Positions 13,771 to 25,264 of a stretch of 46,566 nucleotides of DNA are shown one piece after another (within the stretch, counting starts at the first letter, position 1; each line of letters opens with the position of its first letter). The position numbers were made by a program, and so were the translations under genes. Location of the stretch: assembly GCF_004010195.1 (NCBI RefSeq), contig NC_057720.1, forward strand, positions 17,230,603 through 17,277,168, given 5' to 3'. The DNA is from Chiloscyllium plagiosum. Taxonomy: Eukaryota. A model generated the notes under the pieces. That model was given only the letters and a program-made list of their open reading frames with translations, searched no databases and was not told where the DNA came from.

Positions 13771-13988
13771 CTCATCATAATTGGAGTCTACTCCAATACT
13801 TTTCCCTTTGTCATAGTGGTTGGGGTCCATTCCAGTACTTTTCAAATTGATAATGTGCACCTCTTGAGGAAGACCTGTCGTTCCTCCACTTGCACAGCCA
13901 GATGATACAGTAAAGCTCTCCAGCAAAGTTTTAACTGGATGGGATTCATCCACTGGTCTAAGCACACAATCATTTCCCACCAGAGGAC
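13771..13988 (-). CDS. TGFBR3: Internal coding exon of TGF-beta receptor type III (betaglycan), N-terminal orphan domain; equivalent to the exon that follows the signal-peptide exon
   Basis: Translates as (G)PLVGNDCVLRPVDESHPVKTLLESFTVSSGCASGGTTGLPQEVHIINLKS..., matching the recalled human betaglycan GPEPGALCELSPVSASHPVQALMESFTVLSGCASRGTTGLPQEVHVLNLR. Acceptor ttttttttcttaatattgtctgcag|GT at 13988 (phase 1); donor GAG|gtaaat at 13771 (phase 0); length 218 bp. Neighbouring exons were not found in the window. Confidence 0.93.
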
Positions 13989-14747
13989 CTGCAGACAATA
14001 TTAAGAAAAAAAAAGTTTACTAACAGAATTAATTGAAATTTCTTTCCTCTTGATTGTGAATAGCAATTTTCCTCAACATGCACAAGGATCATGCACAGCT
14101 CAGTGCAAATTGTACAATCCTTTTCCCCACCAGTATAATTTATTTGCAGGACTATGTGGAAAGAAATGGTGTCTTATGGCATAATTACTTTAACAAGCAG
14201 AGTAAAGAACCTACATAGAATCCAATTATCAAAATACACTTTTAAAATAAAATCCATCAGACAAATCTGTACATGGTCTTTTACCTGAGTGAACAAAAGA
14301 TAAATGTTCATGAATTATCGGCTAGCTTCAGGTACTGCTAACTGCAAATATGTATACATGAAGCAGTAACATTTTTTGATTAACTTGTTTCGCAGAAATC
14401 TAACAATAATGGATGTTCTTGACTAAGAACTTGCATTTTATGTTACAATTTTGAGTTTTAAAAAGGAATACAATAATAATGGAGACTAAGGGGGAACGCA
14501 GCGCACCTGAAGCGGGTTTGGTGGCAAGAAACATTTTCAGACAAGGTCGCAGCAAATGGGACCCCACCGCCATCCTGTTTCTGTCCCAAATAATTCTACA
14601 GTTTGTACTTGCCAATCCACTAATCCTCCTATCCCAGTTCAATGGAAGTTATTTTGTAAGCAGTATTTTGTAAGCAAAGAGATCCTGTGGGGGAGTGCCT
14701 CATTCAAAAGGCATTCCATTTAGTTAGAGGGCAAGCAAAAGCATTAA

Positions 14748-14860
14748 GTGACCCTTCATCAGAACGGAATTCAAAAAGTTAACTCCACAGATGGTGTCAG
14801 ACCTGCAGAGCTTCTTCAGCATTCTGCCTTTTGTTTTGGATTTCCAACACCCATAGTTAT
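14748..14860. mobile_element. Degenerate Penelope pLTR remnant
   Basis: gtgacccttcatcagaac followed by cacagatggtgtcagacctgc, similar to the 11.7/12.6 kb pLTRs. Confidence 0.5.
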
Positions 14861-17800
14861 TTGTTTTTAATCTAATTATTGGGGACCTGGCTTGGGGGAT
14901 GGGGATAGGACCATTGAAATTCATCTGCTGTCCATGCTAAAGTCCCCAACCCCTCACAAACCCCATCCTGTCATTACTCACCTGTGCTTCTAGTCACTCA
15001 TTGGATCTCTGGTGGGTGCACTGTTACCAGCAGCCAACATTTTTCTGGTGATGCTAACTAGTGGAACACTGCTGTTGTCCTCAAATCAGACAGTAGCTCT
15101 CATGAGAGATGGGGGCTAGATTCCCAACTCAGATCCTTTGTCGTAGGCAATGCCTGCACCTGGCCACTCAAATACCTCGAGACACTTAAATCACAAAAGG
15201 AGGCAATGCAAAGCTCAGACCTTTGGTGTCTACATGAAATACTGCACTCAGAAGCAGAGTGTTATAAATTACACTTTCAACTATGCTTCTGGACTTCAAA
15301 TTCACTGGCTAACTTTAAATTAAGTGTCTTAAGTGGAAGAGGAGACAAAAAGTTTAGGCAGTTTCAGTTTTAGTGGGCAAGAATCTAAAGAGCAGTGAGT
15401 GCAGTTATCTTTCATAATCTGCTTTCCATCAAAAGAACTGATATCAAGTCACTCTCATTCCAGCCAACTTTGCTATACAGTATTGGTGGAAAGCATTTGA
15501 TGTTACATACATCATTTGTGCCCAGAATGCATTTAGTTAAAATACAAGATGAAAGGGAAACAGAAAAGTTGCATTTTTCATTATGTTTACATTAAAGAAC
15601 TATAATACGTAATTCACTTCCAGAAGGTAAATTTCTAAATAACAGTTTGTTTTAGGGAACACAAACAAGTGATTTGGAGAATCACGGTTATCTTTTAACA
15701 CCTTCTTTATGTTTAAGAAAGATAGATTTGTGGAAGGGACATTAATTTTCAAAATAGCACAATGCTTATTAACAGCCCGTACAAGTTCACCCTGACAAAG
15801 GTTTAAAATTGAAGAGCACGAAATCTGTTTTCATGATCAACTTCATTTTAGTGGTTTGTTTTTTTTTTGACTCCAGCCCATGACCAGACAGCAGTATTAA
15901 ACAGTTAAACACGAATCTGTGTTTATCTGTGATTTAGTTGAAAGAAAACAGGATTGTCTTGTCAGTTGCATTTGCACTGCAACAATTGTAAGACTACATC
16001 ACAACAGTTTCACATTTTAGAACAAATTTTTGCAGGCCACCATGTGATTAACTCCGAACAAATTCAAAGTCAATTCACAGCAGTATATAACACAGCACGA
16101 ACCCAATGAACCCCTCCTTTCTATGTGGGTTCCAGCTCAGATCAGAATTACGCCATGATTTACTTCATTTGTCTTCTCAAAAGCCTCAAATATTCCAGAT
16201 CATATAACCATAACCTTAGATGCTGACAGATAAATTTTTCTTTCCTTAATTTGTGATATGACTCAGACTGCACTACTGTTAAGTCAATTAATCAGAATGT
16301 AATACTTGGTGTCCTATAAAGAAAACAAAGAGACAATTTAGAATATCATGTATTACAAAAAATCAAAAAAAAAGCAAAGCTTCCCCAACTGATAACCAAG
16401 TTAACTATGGGCTGAATGCCTCCTTATGTGGTGTAACCATTCTTGATTTGATGACAACAGAAGAAAATGAGGAAGATTAGGTACAGGTATGGAAAATGCT
16501 GAGAGGCACATATGATATCTCAGTAAGTAAGCCATGTGATTTAAGAGAGACAGTATCAAAAGACTTTTATCTTATCTATTTAGAAGGGCATTCGTTTATA
16601 TCCTTCCCCTGATGGTGTTAAAGGAGAGTCTGTAGAACCCTAATTAACTCATTCTCAAAAAAAAAGACACACAAATATCTACTTGAAATGAGATTTACGG
16701 TGACCAGAATTGTAAGACAAATCAACCATCACATCAAACATGACAGGTATTTGCCTTGTTGGGTTAGCAAGAAGGTATGTGCCATATGAAAGACAACCAG
16801 TTAGAATTTGCTAACGGAACTTGGAGTTGAATTTACTTACTTTTGAGCATTGATGGGGAAATAATTGGATCTTTTGTTCAGAATTTTAACTTTGAAAAAA
16901 AGGTGAGAGAAAGGACACAAAAATAAGATAAAATAGCATGGTCAGGCAAAATGGAGGAACTAATGCACTTTTTCTGGATCACTATTTTCCTACTTAATTA
17001 TGTAGGAATAAAAAGTAAGATAGAATACAGTTATACTTTAATTCACTGACGAACCTATCCCAACAGTCACTGCATCAGAGGTCAGCTCAGTTTTCCTTCA
17101 TGTGAATCCAGGGAAAGCGATGGGACCAGACGGAGTACCAAGCCGTGCACTCTCAGCATGCGCAGATCAACTGGCAGGGGTCTCCTCGGACATCTTCAAC
17201 CTCTCCCTGCAGCAGGCCACTGTCCCAGCCTGTTTCAAGAGGGCCAACATCATCCCTGTTCCTAAGAAGGCTCATGCAGCATGTCTCAATGACTACTGCC
17301 CAGTGGCCCTAACTTCGGTTGTCAAGAAGTGCTTTGAAAGGTTGGTCATAGCATTAATCAACTCCAGCCTCCCTACTATTCTTGACCCACTCCAATTTGC
17401 CATCAGACCAACAGATCCATGTCAGATGCCATATCACTTGCCTTTCACTCCTCTCTTGAACATCTTGACACCAAAAACAGCTACGCAAGTATCCTAATCA
17501 TTGACTACAGTTCAGCCTTCAACACTATTATCCCCTCAAGACTGATTATTAAACTTACTGATCTCAGACTGAGCCCCACTCTCTGCAACTGGATCCTCAG
17601 TTTCCTGACCCACAGGCTACAATCAGTGAAGACTGGGGACAATACTTCGTTCTCACTAACACTCAACACTGGAGCCAGGGGTGCATACTCAACCCCCTAC
17701 TGTACTCTCTGTAAATCCATGACTGTGCTGTGAAATACCAGACTAATGCCATTTACAAGTTCACTGATGACACCACCATAGTCGGTCGAAGCTCAGATGG

Positions 17801-18157
17801 CGACGAAACAGACTACAGACGGGAGGTGGAAGACCTGGAAAAATGGCACACTGAGAACAACCTAGCTCTCAATGCCAGCAAAACCAAGAAACTCATTATT
17901 GACTTTCGGGGGGGAATGTTACTCATACACATTAACAGCGCAGAGGTGGAACGAGTGGAGAGTGTCAAGCTCCTGGGAATGGTCATCCACAACAAGCTTT
18001 CTTGGACTCTTCATGTGGACACACTGGTGACAAAGGCCCAACAATGTCTCTTCTTCCTCAGGCAGCTGAGGAAACTTAGCATGATGGCGAATACCCTTGC
18101 CAATTTTTATAGGTGCCATCGAGAGCATTCTGTCTGGATGTATCACTACCTGGTATG

Positions 18158-18382
18158 AAAATGTGTTGCTGGAAAAGCGCAGCAGGTCAGGCAGCATCCA
18201 GGGAACAGGAGAATCGACGTTTCGGGCATAAGCCCTTCTTCAGGAAATGGGCATTTCCTGAAGAAGGGCTTATGCCCGAAACGTCGATTCTCCTGTTCCC
18301 TGGATGCTGCCTGACCTGCTGCGCTTTTCCAGCAACACATTTTCAGCTCTGATCTCCAGCATCTGCAGACCTCACTTTCTCC
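18158..18382. mobile_element. Young Penelope pLTR fold-back insertion: perfect 94-bp palindrome plus 37-nt tail
   Basis: Arms 18156-18249 and 18252-18345 are reverse complements with a 2-nt spacer; tail 18346-18382; 15-bp TSD tcactacctggtatg at 18143-18157 and 18383-18397. Confidence 0.92.
18258..18285 (+). ncRNA. Minimal hammerhead ribozyme core (mirror copy on minus strand at 18216-18243)
   Basis: CUGAAGA-A-GGGC(UUAU)GCCC-GAAA-CGUC; palindromic ACGU helix III, typical of PLE minimal hammerheads; helix I is weak. Confidence 0.65.
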
Positions 18383-19089
18383 TCACTACCTGGTATGGCA
18401 ACCGTACCATTCAAGATCAGAGACGGTTACAGAGAGTGGTGAACTTAGCCTGGACAATCACAAAGGCCAACCTCCCATCTACAGAATCCATCTACCAGGC
18501 CCGCTGTCAAGGAAAGGCTGCTATCATTCTCAAAGATCCATCCCAACTTGGCAATGTTTTTCTACAAGCTCTACAATCGGGAAGAAGGTACAGAAACCTG
18601 AATACACGCACCAGCTGGTTTTGTAACAGTTTCTATCCTATTGTCGTTCTGAATGGACTCAAACGCTTAACATTCGCATGTACCTGTGTTTTTGTTTTTG
18701 CCACTGTTTACCTATTATTTATTTATCTAAGCTACTTAACTATGTGATCTGCCTGTATTGCTCGCAAGACAAAGCTTTTCACTGTGCCTCGGTACACTTG
18801 ACAATAAATTCAATTCATTTGTTCATTCATTTAAACAGAGGCCCATTCACTATTTCTACACAGCACTATATCCGTGTTGATCTGTCAGCAAGTGGTTCCA
18901 CCAAACAAGACCATCTAGGTCAAGGAGGATTCTGAATTATCTTCATGTTTTCTTCCTATAATCCAAATCAATCAATAACGCTAATGTTTCCAACAACATT
19001 CACAAAAATAAAATACTAAAACCTTCCTCTTTTAAGCATTATAAGTCAACCACCCCACATGACCAGTAAATCTGGACATCCAGTAATCT

Positions 19090-20210
19090 ATAAAAAAGAA
19101 CAAAGTGCAAATGGGAAATGCAAAAAAAGACTTGCAAGAGATAAAGGCTAGTAGTAAAAGATTGTATACATTATGAAATAGTGATGTAAAGAGAGATGTC
19201 ATTCCATTAAAGCCAGATGCAGCAGAGACTACAATCGATAAAAAGGAAATAGCAGACTTAAACAGCTACTTTCAATTCATTTCATAACAGAGGATGAAAA
19301 CAAAGTACCAAAAGAACCTAAAAATATATGTCGCATTGAATGTAGTTGCTACAATGCAAATTTTTAAAAATGGAAGTAGAAATAAATTTGGTATTTGTGG
19401 TAGTCAAATCTCCAGGAAATTTCTACCCTGTCATTACAAAGAGGTGGGAAATCTTCAGAAGTTATATTCAGGAATTATTCCATTGGATTGGAAAACTGTG
19501 CATCACTCCCTTATTTAAGATGGAAGACATGGAGGAAAAAAAAATCAACAGATTTGTCACTTGACATCAATTGAAGCTACCCAAATCTATCTTCAGAAAC
19601 AGGGTTATTGACTGTGCGTACAAGTACTAGCTGGTCCAAAACAATTTGCATGGACTTGCGAATGGGTAGACCATGTTTGATTAATTCAGCTCAATTTTGA
19701 GGCATTCACTGACAAGCTATATGATCTTGTCTACCATGATGTATGACAAACGGTGTAGAGACATTTTTTTCTTTTTTAATTACCAAGGCTTTTGGAAGTC
19801 AGTTAAGTTTTAAACAAAGTGATAAAAATCAGAAATCAAATTGCCAAAATACGGAGGTAATTGTGTGTCCCAAGATTGGTATTGTTTGGGATGTAGCAGA
19901 ACTTCAGTAAGAACAAAGGGCTGTGATTTTTAAAAACTTTACAGTTAAAAAAATTTATGCAAAGGATACTTGAATATTAGCTTTTATTTCCAAACATACT
20001 GGAATTCAAATTAAGAAAATAATACTTCATTTATACAGAAGGAATATTTTTAACACAAAATTTGCAACTATGTTTCCCAAGATTTAGGAATGCTGGATCA
20101 GTTGAGATATCCAGGGAGATGGAATGATGCTGGGGAAAGAGAGTTCAAGTACAGAAGCTACAAACTAAATAAAACAGACTTGTAGGGCTGAATGTCCGAT
20201 TCCTGTTTTT
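19090..20210 (+). mobile_element. Ancient, highly decayed CR1-like LINE
   Basis: Residual GIIPLDWKT..ITPLFK motif and a CR1-like 3' end (gggctgaatgtccgattcctgtt). Confidence 0.55.
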
Positions 20211-21519
20211 TATGCTACATTATATTTTAAACTTGGAGCAACAGTATTGTCAACTCCTGTACTTTGGATCCAATCAAAATTAGTCAACCAAATGTTAGTT
20301 ATTATCCTTTAAAATAAGAAAAACCGTATTTACAGTTTGCTACCTTTCACATATTCACACCAAATGTTCCTTCTACAATATAATTGTGGCTTAAGCAGGT
20401 TGTGTCCAACTGGTGGACAAGTCCAGTCCTGCCAACTATTCTGCTCTCAAGATAAAACACACTCATGACTTAGCTAAGCACTGCCTGAACTTGTTCAATA
20501 AAGACAATGTTTGAATGCTAATGGATCTTGGATCATACGCAACCCAATTATTTAGCACTCCAGAGAACAATCCACAAATCAAACTAAATCACCGAAAGAT
20601 GTAAATATGACTTTGTATTTGAGATGAGCACTGCACTGCAGTTTTTGACCAACTGAAAATCTGTCGGCAAAAGGTCAATGAAAGACTGGAAATTTAATCT
20701 AGTAGTGTTTAATAAGGTTATAAAATTAATGCTATCACAAGAACAAGTAGTACAGATACAAGTTAAAATATACAATCTTGTAAAGTACATTAAATCTTTC
20801 CACATGCGACACAAAAGAAAATATAATGTTCCAATGCAAACAGCTGTAAGGGCACAGTAACCTTGAATTACAAATCAGGCAAGCAAGATGCAGTAACAGC
20901 TATTAATACCGCAAGCAGCAGGTTAACCTGACTTTCTGCACAGTGAAAACTTCTCTCAATAGGCAGAGTTCAAAATTTGCTATGGCAACCGCACATGTTT
21001 ACTTCTCTGAAAGTTATTTACTTTAAAATCAGTCTCTTGAGGGTGACAGGGATAATAGTTTGCGTTCCCTAGCATAGTACAAGGGATCTAGTTCCAATGC
21101 TGAAGTATGTGGAGTATATAAAAGCAAGACAAGAATTGATTTCTGTCAAAAGGACATGAAATGTAGGATAACATTAAGTACATGTATTCATTTTCTAAAA
21201 TGGTATACATCAAAAACTACACTATCTACTTTCAGGCAGAGCTATAGTTGCCAATTTTTACGATAAATCAAACAAGCAAAAATCAAAATGAAATTGCTCC
21301 AAATAAAAATGACCGCGACACTGCTTTCAATCACAGTATCACCTCCCTTCCCAGGTATTTGCTTCTCACTTGTTCTATTTTCTAAAACTTCATTGGAAAT
21401 GTATTCTTTCACTGTATCCTAGGACACCTTCCAAAATCCTCCTTACAAACCCTCTGCTCAACCACCATTTCCATCCCATGCGATAGCAGTTTTGTAATGT
21501 CTTATTTTGTTGAAAAGTA

Positions 21520-22290
21520 CAAGTACATATACTCTACAAATGAAGCCATTCATACCACTTGCCCAATGCTCGTCTGTATAGATGACAAAGATTCTCTCAC
21601 TGTAATTGCTTCTTCCCAACCTGTCTCCAGGTATTGCTCAAGCACGTATCAATGAAATCTGCCTTTAAAATGTCAATCACTCCATGAGGCAGGGCTACAT
21701 TCTTAAATTTCTGTGTACTTACATTTCACCTAAACGTTCTAAATTCTGCTAGTGGCCATCATTTACTTAAGAACCTCATACTGAATTTACTGACAAGTGG
21801 AAAATGTCTCTCTATATCCGCCAGGGGTGTCAGGGCTCTTCATAACTTTGAAGGCCTCTCTGTCGTCTTAGTCTTCACTACAACCAAAAAGACCTCAATC
21901 TGCTCAGTCTTTCTGGAGAGCTGCAACTTCTCAAACCTAGTGACATTCTTGTAATATTTTCTGCAATTTTGCAAATGTATCTTTATCCTTTTTGCAGTAT
22001 GGGTGAGATCTGTTTACCATATTCCCAAATCACTAAAATTCTACACAAATTTCAAAATACGTAGCTGCTTGAGATTCTATTTCACTGCAACTGATCTCCA
22101 GTATTTTGCTTTCTTTATGGTACTACCACCTTGCGTTGCTACTTTTAGTGATTAATGCATCCATAATTTAAAGGTTTTTGCACCTTGATCTAATTAGTTT
22201 TAACTTCCAGGAAGGTACATGCATCACTTCACACTGCATTATATAGACAGGTTTTTGCTTTGCCATTTTGCAGAGTTTTTGTGGAACCTC
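21520..22290 (-). mobile_element. Ancient CR1-like LINE fragment
   Basis: Minus-strand ...MQCEVMH motif and weak ORF2 C-terminal similarity. Confidence 0.45.
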
Positions 22291-22395
22291 CAAAAGTACA
22301 GGAGACGGAGGTCTACAGATGCTGGAGATCAGAGTTGAGAGTGTGTTGCTGGAAAAGCACAGCAGGTCAGGCAGCATCCCAGGAGCAGGAAAATT

Positions 22396-22423
22396 GACGT
22401 TTCGGGCTGGAGCCCTTCATCAG
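22396..22423 (-). ncRNA. Minimal hammerhead ribozyme core in the pLTR of the Neptune-type element
   Basis: Minus strand CUGAUGA-A-GGGC(UCCA)GCCC-GAAA-CGUC. Confidence 0.65.
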
Positions 22424-23040
22424 GGAAGCAGCTTGGAGCCTCGAGGGTAGAGAGATATTTGGGGGGGTCTGGGGAGAAGGTAGCTGGGAGTGCAATAGGT
22501 GGATGGAGATGGGGGTAAAGGTGATAGGCTGGAGAGGACAGTGGAGTGGATAGGTGGGAAGGAAGATTGACAGATGGGGCAGGTCATGAAGGCAGTGCTG
22601 AGCTGGAAGGTTGGATCTGGGATATGGGTGAGGGGAGGGGAAAATGAGGAAACTGGTGAAGTCCACATTGATGCCATGAGGTTGAAGGGTTCCGAGGCAG
22701 AAGATAAGGCGTTCTTCCTCCAGGCATCGTGGGTGAGGGAGTGGTGATGGAGGAAGCCCAGAACGTGCATGTCCTCGGCAGAGTGGAGGGGAAATTGAAA
22801 TGTTCAGCCATGGGGCGGTTGGGTTGGTTGGTGCAGGTGGCCCAGAGATGTTCTCTAAAGTGGTCAGTGAGGTGTCCAGTTTTCCCATTGTACAGGAGAC
22901 CGAATCAGGAACAATGATTACAATAAATGATGTCTGGAAGTGCAGGTGAAACTTTGATGGGTGTGGAAAGCTCCTTTGGGGCCTTGGACAGAGGTAAGGG
23001 GGGAGGTGTGGGTACAGGTTTTGCAATTCCTGTGGTGGCA

Positions 23041-23114
23041 GGGTAAGGTGCCAGGGAGGGTGGCGTGGACCTGACTAGGGTAAGGTGCCAGGGAGGGTGG
23101 CGTGGACCTGACTA
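23041..23114 (+). repeat. 37-bp tandem duplication
   Basis: gggtaaggtgccagggagggtggcgtggacctgacta x2, identical copies. Confidence 0.9.
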
Positions 23115-23442
23115 GGTGGTCACAGAGGGAACGGTTTTTGTGGAAAGTAGATAGGGGCTGGGTGTGGGGGGGGGGGGGGGGGAGAGATATATCCCTGCTG
23201 GTGGGGTCCATTTGTAGGTGGCGGAAATGTCAGCGGATGATGCGATTTATGCGGAGGTTGGTGGGGTGTAAGGTGAGGACCAGGAGGTTCTGTCCTTGTT
23301 GCGGTTGGAGGAGTGGGGTTCGAGGGCGAAGGTGCAGGACGTGAATTAGATGCATTGGAGGGCACCTCCAACCACGTGGGAGGGGAAATTTCGGTCTTTA
23401 AAGATGGAGGCCATCTGGTGTGTTCTGTGGTGGAACTGGTCC

Positions 23443-23798
23443 CTTTTTTTTTCAGGTGCAGGAACGCTCCTGTTTCCCTAAAAAATGAGCACACCCTGAA
23501 ATAATTCCACAGAGGCCAGTATCCCATCACCAGGTCATGTGGAGAGTGCTTGACGCTGATCCAACGCCCTCAGAGCCAGCTCTCGCAACCTCTGACACTC
23601 CTGTTGTTTCATTCTTTTTTTTTAACCCCCACACGACCACCTAACTGCGGTAGTGCTTATTTTTTCTCCAGCACCAATGTTGTGTGTGTGCAGGTATAAG
23701 GCACAGTGAGAGACACAAGGTGCATGAATCTTTATTGAGTTTCCGCCACCAGGAAGAAAAGAAACACCCAACTGGCCAGTGCCAAGCAGTGCCCTTTA
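23443..23798 (-). mobile_element. Poly(A)-tailed retro-insertion nested in the Penelope element
   Basis: 13-bp TSD gtggaa(c/t)tggtcc at 23430-23442 and 23799-23811; T-runs at about 23444 and 23614; minus-strand AATAAA near 23731. Confidence 0.7.
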
Positions 23799-24800
23799 GT
23801 GGAATTGGTCCTCCTGGGAGCAGATGCAGCGGAGGCGGAGGAATTAGGAAAATGAGATATCATTTTTACAAGAGGTAGGGTGGAAGGAGGTGTACCCTAG
23901 ATAGCTGTGGGAGTCGGTAGGTTTGTAAAAAAAATGGTCGGCATTGAGTCAGTCCTCATGGATGGAGATGGAGAGGTCTAGGAAGAGGAGGGAGGTGTTA
24001 GAGATGGTCCAGGTGAATTTAAAGGTCAGGGTAGAATGTGTTGAAGTTGATGAACTGTTCAACCGCCTTGTGGGAGCACGAGGTGGCACTGATGCAGTCA
24101 TCAATGTAGCAGAGGAAGGGGAGGGGAGTGGTGCCAGTGTAACTCCAGAAGATGGACTGTTCTACATAGCCGACAAAGTGACAGGCATAGCTGGGGCCGT
24201 TGCTACCCCTTTCATCTGGAGGAAGTGGGACAATTCGAGGGAGAAATTGTTGAGGGGGAGGACCAGTTCAGCCAAACGAATAAGTGTCAGTGGAAAGGTA
24301 CTGGTGGGGACGTCAGGAGAGGAAGAAACGGAGGCCTTGAGGTCCTGTTCATGGCGGATGGAGGTGTAGAGGGACTGGATGTCCATGGTGAAGATGAAGC
24401 ATTGGGGGCCGGGGTAACGAAAGTCTTGGAGAAGGTGGAATATATGTGGGAAGTTCCTGGATCGGGGGGGATAGGACAGTATCAAGGTAGGTAGAGATAA
24501 GTTCAGTGGGGCAGGAGCAGGCTAAGACAATAGATTGGCTGGGGTAGTCAGGCTTGTGGATCTTGGGTAGGAGGTAGCATCGGGAGGTGCGGGGTTTCTG
24601 AACTATGAGGTTGGAAGCTGTGGGTGGGAGATCCCCTGAGGTTGTGTATGGTTTGGGAGATGATGGTTTGGTGATGAGGTTTGAGGTCATGGTTGAGAGG
24701 GCGGTAGGAGGAGGTGTCTTTGAGTTGGCACCTAGCTTCAGCGGTGTAGAGGTCAGTGCGCCAAACTACCACTGCACCCCCTTTATCTGCCGGTTTCATG

Positions 24801-25262
24801 CTTTGTCATAACATCTCTGAACAGGTTGATTAACATTCTAAAACAAAATTGTTGTTGAGTCTCAGTGGCCAAAATTAAAAAAGATCGATCATCTGTTTTT
24901 TCCAAAAATGTTACAGTGATAGTGTCCCTACCTCTGAACCAGGGTAAAGTTCCTCATGGTCCAGAGGTGTACAATAAACATTTGATGGATTAGAAAATGT
25001 CTATTAAATATTACTCGGAGGACATAAAGCTCTTATGGCACAGTAGCAGTGTCCCCACCTCTGGGCCAGAAGAATTGGAGTCAAGTCCCACTTGCTCCAG
25101 GGATGGGTCATAACATGTCTTGACAGGTTAATTAGAAAATATCTACCCCTGAGCAACTGGGCTCTTGTGATAGTGGTGCAGTGATGAACTCCTACAGAAT
25201 GGCCAGAAGGCCTGAGCTCCAGAGGTGTACTATGACATGTCTGAACAGGCTGATTTTTAAAA
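24801..25262 (+). repeat. Cluster of about 4 diverged ~110-bp tRNA-derived SINE-like units
   Basis: Recurrent agtgtccc(t/c)acctctg..ccag, ccagaggtgtac and catgtctgaacagg..gatt motifs. Confidence 0.65.
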
Positions 25263-25264
25263 AG

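Larger units (their letters stand above)
17043..18832 (+). mobile_element. Rex1/Babar-clade non-LTR retrotransposon, 5'-truncated and frameshifted
   Basis: RT motifs KAMGPDGVP, NDYCPVALTSVVKKCFERL, DPLQFA, IDYSSAFNTI, KFTDDTT, KAQQCLFFLRQL; 3' end aataaa plus (ATTC)n-like tail. Confidence 0.9.
22301..24800 (-). mobile_element. Penelope-like retroelement (Neptune-type), 5'-truncated: decayed RT, Zn-finger linker, GIY-YIG and 3' pLTR
   Basis: Motifs KPADKGGAVVVW, YLLPKIHKP, FTMDIQSLYTSI, NNFS..LQMKGVA, PCHHRNCKTC, FTCTS, EEERLIFCLGTLQPHGINVDF. Ends in the same pLTR as the short fold-back elements. Confidence 0.92.

Noticed and set aside
14975..15045. Strong minus-strand donor CAG|GTGAGT with an upstream ATG
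   Set aside because: There is an in-frame stop before the donor and no signal-peptide character.
18113..18352. Near-identical ORFs on both strands
   Set aside because: This is a by-product of the palindrome, not a gene.
24801..25262. CRISPR-like or functional tRNA array
   Set aside because: The context is eukaryotic, the units are long and diverged, and there is no intact cloverleaf or constant repeat-spacer pattern.
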